Assembly (NCBI GenBank): GCA_902596515.1
Contig: CACJUF010000002.1
Location: 20,100-84,099, forward strand
Source of the DNA: an uncultured Pelagibacteraceae bacterium
GTDB taxonomy: Bacteria > Pseudomonadota > Alphaproteobacteria > Pelagibacterales > Pelagibacteraceae
Direction: 5' to 3'
Length of the DNA stretch: 64,000 nt
In this document: piece after piece, positions 40,934 to 49,916 of the stretch
Layout of the letters: each line of letters opens with the position of its first letter
How positions within the stretch are numbered: the stretch's first letter is position 1
Made by a program: the position numbers and the translations under genes
Notes under the pieces: generated by a model
What the model was told of the DNA's origin: nothing
Database searches by the model: none
The model's input: only the letters and a program-made list of their open reading frames with translations

Positions 40934-41372
40934 TTCTATCCCTCTTAATTAAGTTAATGATCAAGTTAATCACATTGCTCTAGTTTTGTGCAAATTTTAA
41001 TCATTCCAATTCGCACCTTAATGTCGCACTACAACTGTAAGATGAAATAAATCATAAGTTGAAAAAAATTATAGTTGTTAGAATTATTCCATCTTTTTAT
41101 CAATAATTCTATTTACAGCGGAAACTTAACAGTCAACTTGATGATTTTACCTAATATTTTCCAAATTCAATCAGGAAGAAGTTCAATAATTTTTTATAAT
41201 GAAAGTGTCTCCTTTGATTGCTTGGTAAATCATTTAATAATTATTATTTTTACAATGAATATTCATAAATTTATTTTTAAAGAGACTAATCCATGTCAAA
41301 AATAATTCATTGCTTGAGATCCTAAAATAATGTTAGATGCCTTAAATAAATTTAAAATATACAGGAGTTTAA

Positions 41373-42572
41373 ATGAAGATATTATGCGTATTATATGATG
41401 ATCCAAAAGGTGGAATGCCTAAATCATATGCACTTTCAGAATTACCTAAAATAGAAAAATACCCAGATGGAATGACTTTGCCATCCCCTAAAGGAAGAGA
41501 TTATACACCAGGACAATTACTAGGATGTGTGTCTGGTGAGCTAGGACTAAGAAAATTTTTAGAGAGCAATGGTCATGAGTTAGTAGTGACTAATAGTAAA
41601 GATGGAGATGGGTGTGAAGCTGACAAACATATTGTTGATGCTGACATTGTAATTTCTCAACCGTTCTTTCCATATTATTTAACAAAAGAGAGAATTGCTA
41701 AAGCTAAAAACTTGAAAATGGCAATCACAGCAGGAATTGGTTCAGACCATGTTGATTTACAGGCTGCAATGGATAATAAAATTGATGTTGTAGAAGTTAC
41801 TTATTGTAATTCAAGATCTGTAGCTGAACATATCGTTATGATGATTGTTTCAATGGTGAGAGATTACCATAATCAACATAGAATTGTTAATGAAGGTGGC
41901 TGGAATATCGCTGATGCCGTTCAAAGATCATATGATGTTGAAGGTATGCACATTGGAACAGTTGCTGCAGGACGAATTGGTTTAGATGCATTAAGAAAAA
42001 TGAAACCATTTGATGTTCATTTGCACTATTTTGATAGACATAAACTACCTGATTCAGTTGAAAAAGAATTAAACCTTACATTTCATGAGTCTGTAGAGTC
42101 AATGGTAAAAGTTTGTGATGTAGTGACAATTAATTGTCCTCTTCACCCTGAAACTGAAAACTTATTTGATGAAGCAATGATAAGTAAAATGAAAAAAGGT
42201 GCTTATATTGTTAATACTGCAAGAGGTAAAATCTGTAATCGAGATGCTATTGCAAAAGCATTAAAAAGTGGTCAGTTAAGTGGTTACGCTGGAGACGTAT
42301 GGTTTCCTCAACCAGCACCCAATGATCACGTGTGGAGAAGCATGCCACATCACGGTATGACACCTCACACTTCTGGAACATCTTTGACTGCACAATCAAG
42401 ATATGCTGATGGTGTAAGAGAGATATTGGAATGTTTCTTTGAAGGTAAAGAAATTAGAAATCAATATTTGATTGTAAAAGATGGTCAGTTAGCTGGTATG
42501 GGTGCTCACTCATACAGTAAAGGTTCAGCTACTGGTGGATCAGAAGAAGCAGCAAAATATCAAAAAAAATAA
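41373..42572 (+). CDS. fdh: NAD-dependent (metal-independent) formate dehydrogenase
   Basis: LLGCVSGELGLR, AGIGSDHVDL, CNSRSVAEH, AAGRIG, YFDRH (NAD-preferring Asp), WFPQPAP.DH.WR, MTPHTSG; SD AGGAG. Confidence 0.96.
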   Translation: MKILCVLYDDPKGGMPKSYALSELPKIEKYPDGMTLPSPKGRDYTPGQLLGCVSGELGLRKFLESNGHELVVTNSKDGDGCEADKHIVDADIVISQPFFPYYLTKERIAKAKNLKMAITAGIGSDHVDLQAAMDNKIDVVEVTYCNSRSVAEHIVMMIVSMVRDYHNQHRIVNEGGWNIADAVQRSYDVEGMHIGTVAAGRIGLDALRKMKPFDVHLHYFDRHKLPDSVEKELNLTFHESVESMVKVCDVVTINCPLHPETENLFDEAMISKMKKGAYIVNTARGKICNRDAIAKALKSGQLSGYAGDVWFPQPAPNDHVWRSMPHHGMTPHTSGTSLTAQSRYADGVREILECFFEGKEIRNQYLIVKDGQLAGMGAHSYSKGSATGGSEEAAKYQKK

Positions 42573-42587
42573 TTCTGTATATAATTA

Positions 42588-42621
42588 TTAAAGGTGGCTA
42601 CTTATAAGTAGCTACCTTTAA
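42588..42621 (+). terminator. Stem-loop after fdh, probable intrinsic terminator
   Basis: TTAAAGGTGGCTACT-TATA-AGTAGCTACCTTTAA with one G-U pair. Confidence 0.75.
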
Positions 42622-42660
42622 AATCTGGACTTATCATAACGAATTTGTTTATGATAATTA

Positions 42661-43236
42661 ATGAAGTATTTTTTCATAATTTTCTTTTTTTTAATTAATA
42701 TAAATTTTTCATATTCTGCTCAAAAAGATAAAGCATATTTCGCTGGGGGATGTTTTTGGTGTGTTGAGGAGTCATTTGAAAAATTAAAAGGTGTGGAAGA
42801 GGTAATTTCTGGTTATTCTGGAGGTATTACTGAAAACCCTACTTACAAAGAAGTTACATATGGAAATACTGGTCACTTTGAAGTTGTAGAAATAATCTAT
42901 GATAAAAAAGTTATTTCATTTGAGCAATTACTAGAAAATTTTTGGGTTAATATTGATCCATTTGATGCTTACGGTCAATTTTGTGACAAAGGATATAGTT
43001 ATAGATCAGTTGCATTTTATCAAAATGAAGAAGAAAAAAAATTAATAGAAAGAGACATAAAAGATTTACAAAATAAATTTAACAAAAAAGTTGTTACATA
43101 CATTAGGAATTTTGAAAAATTTTATAAGGCAGAGGAATACCATCAAGATTTTTATAAGATTAAATTAGAAAGATATCTTAGATATAAAAAAGCGTGTGGA
43201 AGAGAGGAATTGTTAAAAAGAATCTGGAGTCAATAA
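42661..43236 (+). CDS. msrA: Peptide methionine sulfoxide reductase A, exported
   Basis: AYFAGGCFWC, SGYSGG, GH.EVVEI.YD, AEEYHQDFY; N-terminal signal peptide. Confidence 0.95.
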   Translation: MKYFFIIFFFLININFSYSAQKDKAYFAGGCFWCVEESFEKLKGVEEVISGYSGGITENPTYKEVTYGNTGHFEVVEIIYDKKVISFEQLLENFWVNIDPFDAYGQFCDKGYSYRSVAFYQNEEEKKLIERDIKDLQNKFNKKVVTYIRNFEKFYKAEEYHQDFYKIKLERYLRYKKACGREELLKRIWSQ

Positions 43237-44696
43237 ACTTTATGAAGAATAATATGAATTGGAATTTCGATAACTCTTATTCAAGACTGTCTGATGCATT
43301 TAAAGAACATATTGAACCTATTGCTGTAAAAAATCCTGAATTAGTTTTAATGAATGAGGATTTAGTTACAGAATTAAACTTAGACTTTTCCAAAATTAAT
43401 AAAAATGAATTAGCAGCTTTATTCACTGGAAATATTCTTCCGAAAGGAAGTAATTCTATTGCTCAAGCTTATGCTGGTCACCAATTTGGACATTTCACAA
43501 TGTTAGGAGATGGAAGAGCAGTTTTAATAGGTGAGCATTTAACGAAAAATAATAAGAGATACGATATTCAATTTAAAGGATCAGGTAAAACTGCATTTTC
43601 AAGAAATGGTGACGGCAGAGCTGCACTGGGTCCAATGTTGAGAGAATATATAATAAGTGAAGCAATGCATCACCTAAATATTCCATCAACAAGAAGTTTA
43701 GCGGTAGCTAAAACAGGTGAGGAAATAATGCGAGAGACTCCATTGCAAGGTGCTATCTTAACGAGAGTGGCATCAAGTCATATTAGAGTTGGAACTTTTC
43801 AATATGTTGCAGCACGTAATAAAAAAGATGAGTTAGAAATTTTACTAAATTATGTAATTAAAAGACATTATCCAGAACTAATAAATTCAAAAAATAAAGC
43901 TTTAGACCTTTTGAATGTACTTATAGATAAACAAATTGATCTTGTAGTTAATTGGATGCGCGTTGGTTTTATTCATGGTGTTATGAATACTGATAATATG
44001 ACAATTTCAGGTGAGACAATCGACTATGGTCCGTGTGCATTTATGGATACCTATGACCCAAAAACTGTTTTTAGCTCGATTGATAAGGTGGGAAGGTATG
44101 CTTATTGTAATCAACCAGCTATTACAAAATGGAATCTTTCAAGATTTGCTGAATGTTTAATACCTTTAATTGATGAAAATGAAGATAAGGCGATTAAAAG
44201 TGCAACAGAGTTGATTGAAACTTTCGGCAAAAAATATGAGGAAAAATGGTTGAAGATGATGAGAAAAAAACTTGGATTATTAGGTGAAGATAACAAAGAT
44301 AAATTTTTGATTGTTGATTTGCTCACTTGGATGCATCAAAACAAAGTAGATTATACAAATACTTTTTGTCATCTAATGAATATTAAAATTGAGAAAGATG
44401 GAAATTATAAAGATAGTAATTTTCAACAGTGGAAAAAGAGGTGGCAAGAAAGATTAGAAATTAACGAAAACTCTCCTGAAAAAAATATGAAATTAATGAG
44501 AAGTGTAAATCCTTTAGTTATCCCAAGAAATCACAAAATTGAAGAAGCTCTTGAAGCTGCAGAAAAAGATAACTTCAAATCAGTCAATCAACTGAATGAA
44601 ATTTTAAAGAAACCATATTCTCAACAAAAAAATATTCTTAAATATCAAATTTCATCAAATTTAAATGAAAATTATCAAACTTTTTGTGGGACTTAA
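43194..44696 (+). CDS. selO: SelO/YdiU protein adenylyltransferase; likelier start 43242 or 43254
   Basis: AYAGHQFG....LGDGRA, QFKGSG.T.FSR.GDGRA, HGVMNTDN, IDYGP, terminal TFCGT. Confidence 0.95.
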   Translation: MWKRGIVKKNLESINFMKNNMNWNFDNSYSRLSDAFKEHIEPIAVKNPELVLMNEDLVTELNLDFSKINKNELAALFTGNILPKGSNSIAQAYAGHQFGHFTMLGDGRAVLIGEHLTKNNKRYDIQFKGSGKTAFSRNGDGRAALGPMLREYIISEAMHHLNIPSTRSLAVAKTGEEIMRETPLQGAILTRVASSHIRVGTFQYVAARNKKDELEILLNYVIKRHYPELINSKNKALDLLNVLIDKQIDLVVNWMRVGFIHGVMNTDNMTISGETIDYGPCAFMDTYDPKTVFSSIDKVGRYAYCNQPAITKWNLSRFAECLIPLIDENEDKAIKSATELIETFGKKYEEKWLKMMRKKLGLLGEDNKDKFLIVDLLTWMHQNKVDYTNTFCHLMNIKIEKDGNYKDSNFQQWKKRWQERLEINENSPEKNMKLMRSVNPLVIPRNHKIEEALEAAEKDNFKSVNQLNEILKKPYSQQKNILKYQISSNLNENYQTFCGT

Positions 44697-45376
44697 ATCA
44701 TAAATAAAATCGTTTTAACAAAAGGATTAAGTATACCTTTCTTAAAGTTCAATTTTTTAATTTGTGAAAAATTTAACCATATAAAACCAGGATTTTTAAT
44801 CTTTAAACTTTTTTTATAATCTACATGAATAATTACATTTTTATTAGGCTTTTTCCAAAATCTAGCTCCTTCTTCATAATGAGTTGTCTCTCCAATAATA
44901 TTCTTTTTATTTTTCAAAACAAACTCGGATAAAGGTGTTTTTTTTCCTCCATGAGCTCTATTAATATTTGATTGAGTTGCTGAAAATGATGGACATAATT
45001 TAATGTTATTGTCTCCAGGTTCCTTTCTGGCAAACAACAAAAACTCAACTATACCTTTATTTGTTCTAGTCAAAATTGCTAAAATACCTCCATGTTTTTG
45101 GTTTAATATTGGTTGTGACCAACTTGAGGTTTCTCTCTCAACTGCATTATAAATATTTACTCCCTCTACTGAAAAAAATTGTCCAGATTTATGAAATAAA
45201 TTTCCATTTTTTTTTAAATACCAATCTTTCAATTTATTTACAGAAATTTTTCTTACTTTCATCTTATTAACTTTATTTCTTTTCTTTAACCACTTAAGCA
45301 CAGATTGAATATTTTCATTTTCTACTTTTTGACTTTTTAAAATTTCATTTCTTAACTTTAGTAACTTATTTTTCAT
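44693..45376 (-). CDS. NDP-hexose 2,3-dehydratase family, single-domain form
   Basis: GNLFHKSGQFFSVEG, WSQPI, FARKEPG, PSFSATQSN...HGG, EEGARFWKKPNKN. Confidence 0.85.
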   Translation of the reverse strand: MKNKLLKLRNEILKSQKVENENIQSVLKWLKKRNKVNKMKVRKISVNKLKDWYLKKNGNLFHKSGQFFSVEGVNIYNAVERETSSWSQPILNQKHGGILAILTRTNKGIVEFLLFARKEPGDNNIKLCPSFSATQSNINRAHGGKKTPLSEFVLKNKKNIIGETTHYEEGARFWKKPNKNVIIHVDYKKSLKIKNPGFIWLNFSQIKKLNFKKGILNPFVKTILFMI

Positions 45377-46313
45377 CTGACTCTTTAAAATTTGTATATT
45401 CTCTTACTACAAATTGAGGTTTTTTATTTAATTTAATGTACGATCTGCCAATATATTCTCCGACAAGCCCAATTAAAATAAGTTGAACTCCTGAAAAAAA
45501 AACAATTAGTGTTGATAAAGACGCCCATCCGGCAGTTATAGCAGGATTTTTAATTTTAAGTATTACAATTACAATTACAATTATAAAACTCACAAAAGTC
45601 ATAAAAAAACCAATTAATGTTGCTATTCTTAATGGAACAATAGAAAAGTTTGTTAAAACTCTTAACCAAAGTGAAATAAGTTTAAATAAATTATAATTTG
45701 ATTTTCCTGTTTTTCTTTCTAAATGTTCAATATCAATACTAGTTACATTTTTTGTAATATCAAATATTAAACCATCTATATAAACAAATGGTCCATCATA
45801 TTTAATTATTTCCTTCAAAACTTTTTTGGTAATGCATTTATATGAAGATAGATAAATTGACTTAGGTTTATCAATTAAAATATTTGATATCTTCTTATTA
45901 ATCCAACTTCCAAAAATTTTAAATTTACTATAAGCATTGTTCTTATAATTTGTGTAGCAAACATCATATCCTTCCCTTATTTTAGATAGAATTTTTGGGA
46001 TTTCTTTTGGTGGATGCTGATAATCATCATCTATAAGAATTGTATAATCCCCATCAGCCAACTTCAAACCAGCCATTATTGCATTATGTTGACCATAGTT
46101 TCTCATCAAATTTATACCAATTACTATCTCTTTATATTCAGACGACAATTTAGATATTTTTTTCCAGCTTTCGTCAGTGCTACAATCATTTACCAGAATT
46201 AGCTGTATTTTATTTACATCAGAAATTTCTTTGGTCGTTGATAAAATATCATTTGTCAAATTTTCAATTATTGAAGAACTATTATAAACCGGTACAACAA
46301 TACTTATATTCAT
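45366..46313 (-). CDS. GT2 polyprenyl-phosphate glycosyltransferase (GtrB/ArnC-like)
   Basis: SIVVPVYN, VNDCSTD, RNYGQHNAI.AG, IDDDYQHPP, two C-terminal TM helices, GEYIGR.Y. Confidence 0.9.
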   Translation of the reverse strand: MNISIVVPVYNSSSIIENLTNDILSTTKEISDVNKIQLILVNDCSTDESWKKISKLSSEYKEIVIGINLMRNYGQHNAIMAGLKLADGDYTILIDDDYQHPPKEIPKILSKIREGYDVCYTNYKNNAYSKFKIFGSWINKKISNILIDKPKSIYLSSYKCITKKVLKEIIKYDGPFVYIDGLIFDITKNVTSIDIEHLERKTGKSNYNLFKLISLWLRVLTNFSIVPLRIATLIGFFMTFVSFIIVIVIVILKIKNPAITAGWASLSTLIVFFSGVQLILIGLVGEYIGRSYIKLNKKPQFVVREYTNFKESDEK

Positions 46314-46315
46314 AT

Positions 46316-47236
46316 TTATTTTATTTTTTTGTATAAATTATCTCTAATTTTTGCATCTTCAATCAATAGATTATAAAATTTCAAAAAATTGTTATTAGTC
46401 ATAGATTTTATGACTTCGATAAAATAATTTAATATACAATCATCCTTTTTGATGAATAATTTTTTATATTCATTCTTTTCTTTAATAATAATTTCAATAT
46501 TTTTTTGTGGAGAAAGTGCAAATGCTTGATGAGGTAGGAATACTACTTTTCTTTTTGAATAAAATATTATCTGACTTAAATATTCACGATTATGAGAAAA
46601 ATTACCAAAATATCTTATTTTTTGATCTGAGGCAAAAATATAAAAACTATGAATATTTTTACTTCTTGGAAATTTTTTATAATCAATATCAATTTTAAGA
46701 TTTTTTGAATTAGTATAAAGTCTAATTATTGCAGCAGCGTATGGCGACATATCCATAAAACAATCTGATTTTGTCATTTTAATTTTTTTTAAAGATTTAG
46801 TTTGAGGAATATTAAAATTGGATTGTAGTAATTCTATATTTTTTTTTCCTCCTAAAATCTTTAATATTTTTTCAAAAATTGAATGATAATTAAATAAAGT
46901 TGACTCTGATAATAATAAATTTTTTGATTTGGCTATTTTTACTAATTCCGATGTTTTTTTTAAAGAATCTGTAATTGGTTTATCTACTATAACGTTATAA
47001 CCTTTTTTAAGAAATATTTTTGCATATTTATAGTGAAGATGATTTGTCAAAGATATATAAACTAAATCTGGTTTAAAATTTAAACCTTCTAAATAATCTT
47101 TATAATAAATCATTTTATTTTTTTTTGATTTTGAACAGACTCGATAATCAATTTTTTTTATTTTTTTTATTGATTTGATTAATCTTTTTTCTACAAATTT
47201 TGAATATCCAATAATTAGCAACTTAATTTTTTTCAT
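46316..47236 (-). CDS. Gfo/Idh/MocA oxidoreductase, NDP-hexose 3-ketoreductase-like
   Basis: DLVYISL.N.LH, VIVDKP, ESTLFNYH, FNIP, DMSPY; adjacent to the 2,3-dehydratase. Confidence 0.7.
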   Translation of the reverse strand: MKKIKLLIIGYSKFVEKRLIKSIKKIKKIDYRVCSKSKKNKMIYYKDYLEGLNFKPDLVYISLTNHLHYKYAKIFLKKGYNVIVDKPITDSLKKTSELVKIAKSKNLLLSESTLFNYHSIFEKILKILGGKKNIELLQSNFNIPQTKSLKKIKMTKSDCFMDMSPYAAAIIRLYTNSKNLKIDIDYKKFPRSKNIHSFYIFASDQKIRYFGNFSHNREYLSQIIFYSKRKVVFLPHQAFALSPQKNIEIIIKEKNEYKKLFIKKDDCILNYFIEVIKSMTNNNFLKFYNLLIEDAKIRDNLYKKIK

Positions 47237-47278
47237 TTAATTATTTTAATTTAGTTTACATTAATATATCTTGTAAAA

Positions 47279-47962
47279 ATGAGTTCTAAAAGAGATCAAA
47301 AAAAAATTAATTTTGACAATTATGCTGATAAATACAAAGAGTATATTGCAAAAAGCATTGGTAATATAGAGGATAATTTAAATTATTATCATATTAAAAA
47401 AAGCGAAATATTAAAAAAAGAATTAGGTTATCATCCCAAAAAAATTCTTGATTTAGGTTGTGGTGTTGGGACAATGTTAGGGCTACTGATAGAAAATTTT
47501 CAAGAAAGTTCTTTTTATGCTCATGATGAATCAAAAAAGAGCATGGATTACATCAAGAAAAATTTTCCAAAAGTAAATTGTTTAGATAATTTAGAAACAA
47601 ATGAAAAATTTGATTTAATTTTTCTGTCTGTGGTAGTGCACCATGTCAAATCTATCGATAGAGATGCTTTATTTAAAAATATTTATAATTTATTGAGCCC
47701 TAATGGAGTAATGTTCATTTTTGAACATAACCCATACAACCCTATTACTTTAAGAATGGTTGCAAATTGCGAATTTGATGCAGATGCCGAGTTAATAAAA
47801 AAAAATGACTTAATCAATTTATGTAAAAAAAATAACTTTAAAATAGTGAAATCAGGATATATTCATTTTTTTCCATCTAAACTTGGTTTTCTTTTCAAGC
47901 TCGAAAGTTATTTAAAGTGGTTTTTTTTAGGTGCTCAATATTTTTGTTTATTTAAAAAATAA
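47279..47962 (+). CDS. Class I SAM-dependent methyltransferase
   Basis: ILDLGCGVG, FDLIF..VVVHH, FEHNPYNP.T, CEFDADA, GAQY. Confidence 0.9.
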   Translation: MSSKRDQKKINFDNYADKYKEYIAKSIGNIEDNLNYYHIKKSEILKKELGYHPKKILDLGCGVGTMLGLLIENFQESSFYAHDESKKSMDYIKKNFPKVNCLDNLETNEKFDLIFLSVVVHHVKSIDRDALFKNIYNLLSPNGVMFIFEHNPYNPITLRMVANCEFDADAELIKKNDLINLCKKNNFKIVKSGYIHFFPSKLGFLFKLESYLKWFFLGAQYFCLFKK

Positions 47963-49132
47963 TCAAGCAATTAAATAATCAAAAATTCTATCCAATATTC
48001 TTAAATAAGGCAAAGACCCTAAGTCATCAGTTAAGATTACTTTTGGATGCCACACAAATAAATATAAGAAAAAATAAATATAAATTAAGTATAGTTTGCT
48101 TTTATCTTTTAACATTTGATTAATGAAAATGAATAATCTTGTTTGTTTAATTTGAATTTTTTTAATTTCTAATAAGAAAATTAAAGTCAGAACTGAGAAA
48201 ATATAGAGTATATTAAGATATCTTCCCCAATCAAAAGAAATGTATAAAAAAATAAATGTAGGAATTACACAAACAATATATCCCAAAAAAATCTCAATTT
48301 TATTTTTTTGATCATAAAAAATGAATAAAAATGGAAAAAAACAAATTATGAATATAAATAAATACCTAATAAGATAGACAATTTTCAATCTCGATAAACC
48401 GTAATTCATTTGATCTTTAAATGAATAATCAAGAAAATTCATTGCTCCAAAACAGGGTTCATTTATTGCTTTACACATTTCCTCTATCATTTGATCATTT
48501 GATTTAGTTGTAATTAATATGATTGATGAAATTAAATACGGAATTAATGAAATACAAAATATTATAACTTCTTTTTTATTGATCTTAATTTTACTAATAA
48601 AGAAAGTGTATATAAAAAAAAATATATAAAAAACATTCCCATCCCATACTAAATTTAGTATAGGTAGACCAAGTATTAGTATTGAGTAGGTTAATTTTTG
48701 GTTTCCTTTTAAAATTGAGCTCAAATAAAGTAAATATAAAAAAAATAATAAAACTTCTTTTCTTGCTATGGCTTCAGTTTCAGTTACTGAAAAAAGGAAT
48801 CCCAATGGTGAAAAAATTATTAGGATTATAATAGGCGAAAACTCTACTTTTTTAAAAAAATTAATAATGTAAAAATAATATGTAAAAAGTAAAATAATTT
48901 CAAAAATAAAAACTAAGTTTCTTATTTCAAAATTTAAAAAAGAATTAATTTGAACTAAAATCTCTCCTATTAATCCTCTTCTAGTAAAACCTCCTTGGTA
49001 ATTAATTAACCATTCGGAAGTTGTCCAATCAGTTGGGTATTGAAATTTATGATAAAGAAAAAATATTGAGACAACTAAACAAGTAAAAATATAATAATTA
49101 AAAAATTTATTATTTATTTTTGTTAATGCCAT
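47963..49132 (-). CDS. Polytopic membrane protein, possible GT-C-type glycosyltransferase
   Basis: About 10 TM; conserved-looking loop EWLINYQGGFTRRGLIG, RKE and FDWGRY; no soluble catalytic domain. Confidence 0.55.
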   Translation of the reverse strand: MALTKINNKFFNYYIFTCLVVSIFFLYHKFQYPTDWTTSEWLINYQGGFTRRGLIGEILVQINSFLNFEIRNLVFIFEIILLFTYYFYIINFFKKVEFSPIIILIIFSPLGFLFSVTETEAIARKEVLLFFLYLLYLSSILKGNQKLTYSILILGLPILNLVWDGNVFYIFFFIYTFFISKIKINKKEVIIFCISLIPYLISSIILITTKSNDQMIEEMCKAINEPCFGAMNFLDYSFKDQMNYGLSRLKIVYLIRYLFIFIICFFPFLFIFYDQKNKIEIFLGYIVCVIPTFIFLYISFDWGRYLNILYIFSVLTLIFLLEIKKIQIKQTRLFIFINQMLKDKSKLYLIYIYFFLYLFVWHPKVILTDDLGSLPYLRILDRIFDYLIA

Positions 49133-49203
49133 TAATGATCTAGATTATCCTATAACTGATAATTTTCAAAAGAGAATAAATCTTTATGCGATTAATCTTT
49201 TTT

Positions 49204-49905
49204 TTAATTAGAAAATTTTTTCCAATTTTCGACTGGAGGGACTAAATGTTCAAGTGTTGATGAATCTTTTGCTAAAAATACTATATCTGCTGAAATTGAT
49301 ATCCTTTCAGAATTAGACTTTCCTTGTTCTGTGCCATGAATTGTTTTTGAGGGAAATATCAACAGATCATCTTCTTTAGTATCAAATACAACTTTACTTG
49401 AATTTAAAATATCTCGCTTTTTAAAAATATTTTCTTTTGCTAATGATCTTGAGTCGAATAATTGAGGAATAAATTCATTATGCTTAGAAGTATCAAAAAA
49501 CATGATCTTAGCATCGTCTTTTTGTTTCTTTAAATAAAATGCAATAGAAAGATGCGACTGATCATGTGAATGATTATCAATATGTTCAGTTTTTTTTGAA
49601 ATTGTTGCCCACGATCTCTGAAAATAAAGATCAAGCTTTGTATGGTTCACTGATAAACTTTCTAAATATTCTAAAATACAATTGTTAATTTGAATAAACA
49701 AATTTTTAAATTTTGGATTATTGTGCAAATATTCAAATCCTTGCGTATCTCCTGTCCAAGCTTTCGTCGCAGATTTATAATCTAAATTTTTACTTTTTTT
49801 TTCCATTAATCGGACTTCCTCAATCATTTCATTTTTTTCATTTTCTGAAAGTGAAAGTGTCGACTTATAAACTGTTAGTGGAAAAAAATTAAAAATTTTT
49901 TGCAT
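49204..49905 (-). CDS. Putative 2OG-Fe(II) oxygenase (TIGR02466-like)
   Basis: FPLTVY N-terminus, RSWAT, HSHDQSHLS..FYL, IFPS...HG, RISIS. Confidence 0.75.
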   Translation of the reverse strand: MQKIFNFFPLTVYKSTLSLSENEKNEMIEEVRLMEKKSKNLDYKSATKAWTGDTQGFEYLHNNPKFKNLFIQINNCILEYLESLSVNHTKLDLYFQRSWATISKKTEHIDNHSHDQSHLSIAFYLKKQKDDAKIMFFDTSKHNEFIPQLFDSRSLAKENIFKKRDILNSSKVVFDTKEDDLLIFPSKTIHGTEQGKSNSERISISADIVFLAKDSSTLEHLVPPVENWKKFSN

Positions 49906-49916
49906 TTAAAAGTAAA

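Noticed and set aside
41075-41305. 76-aa plus-strand ORF in the SBP-fdh spacer
   Set aside because: TTG start, no SD, no motif; composition looks like translated AT-rich noncoding DNA.
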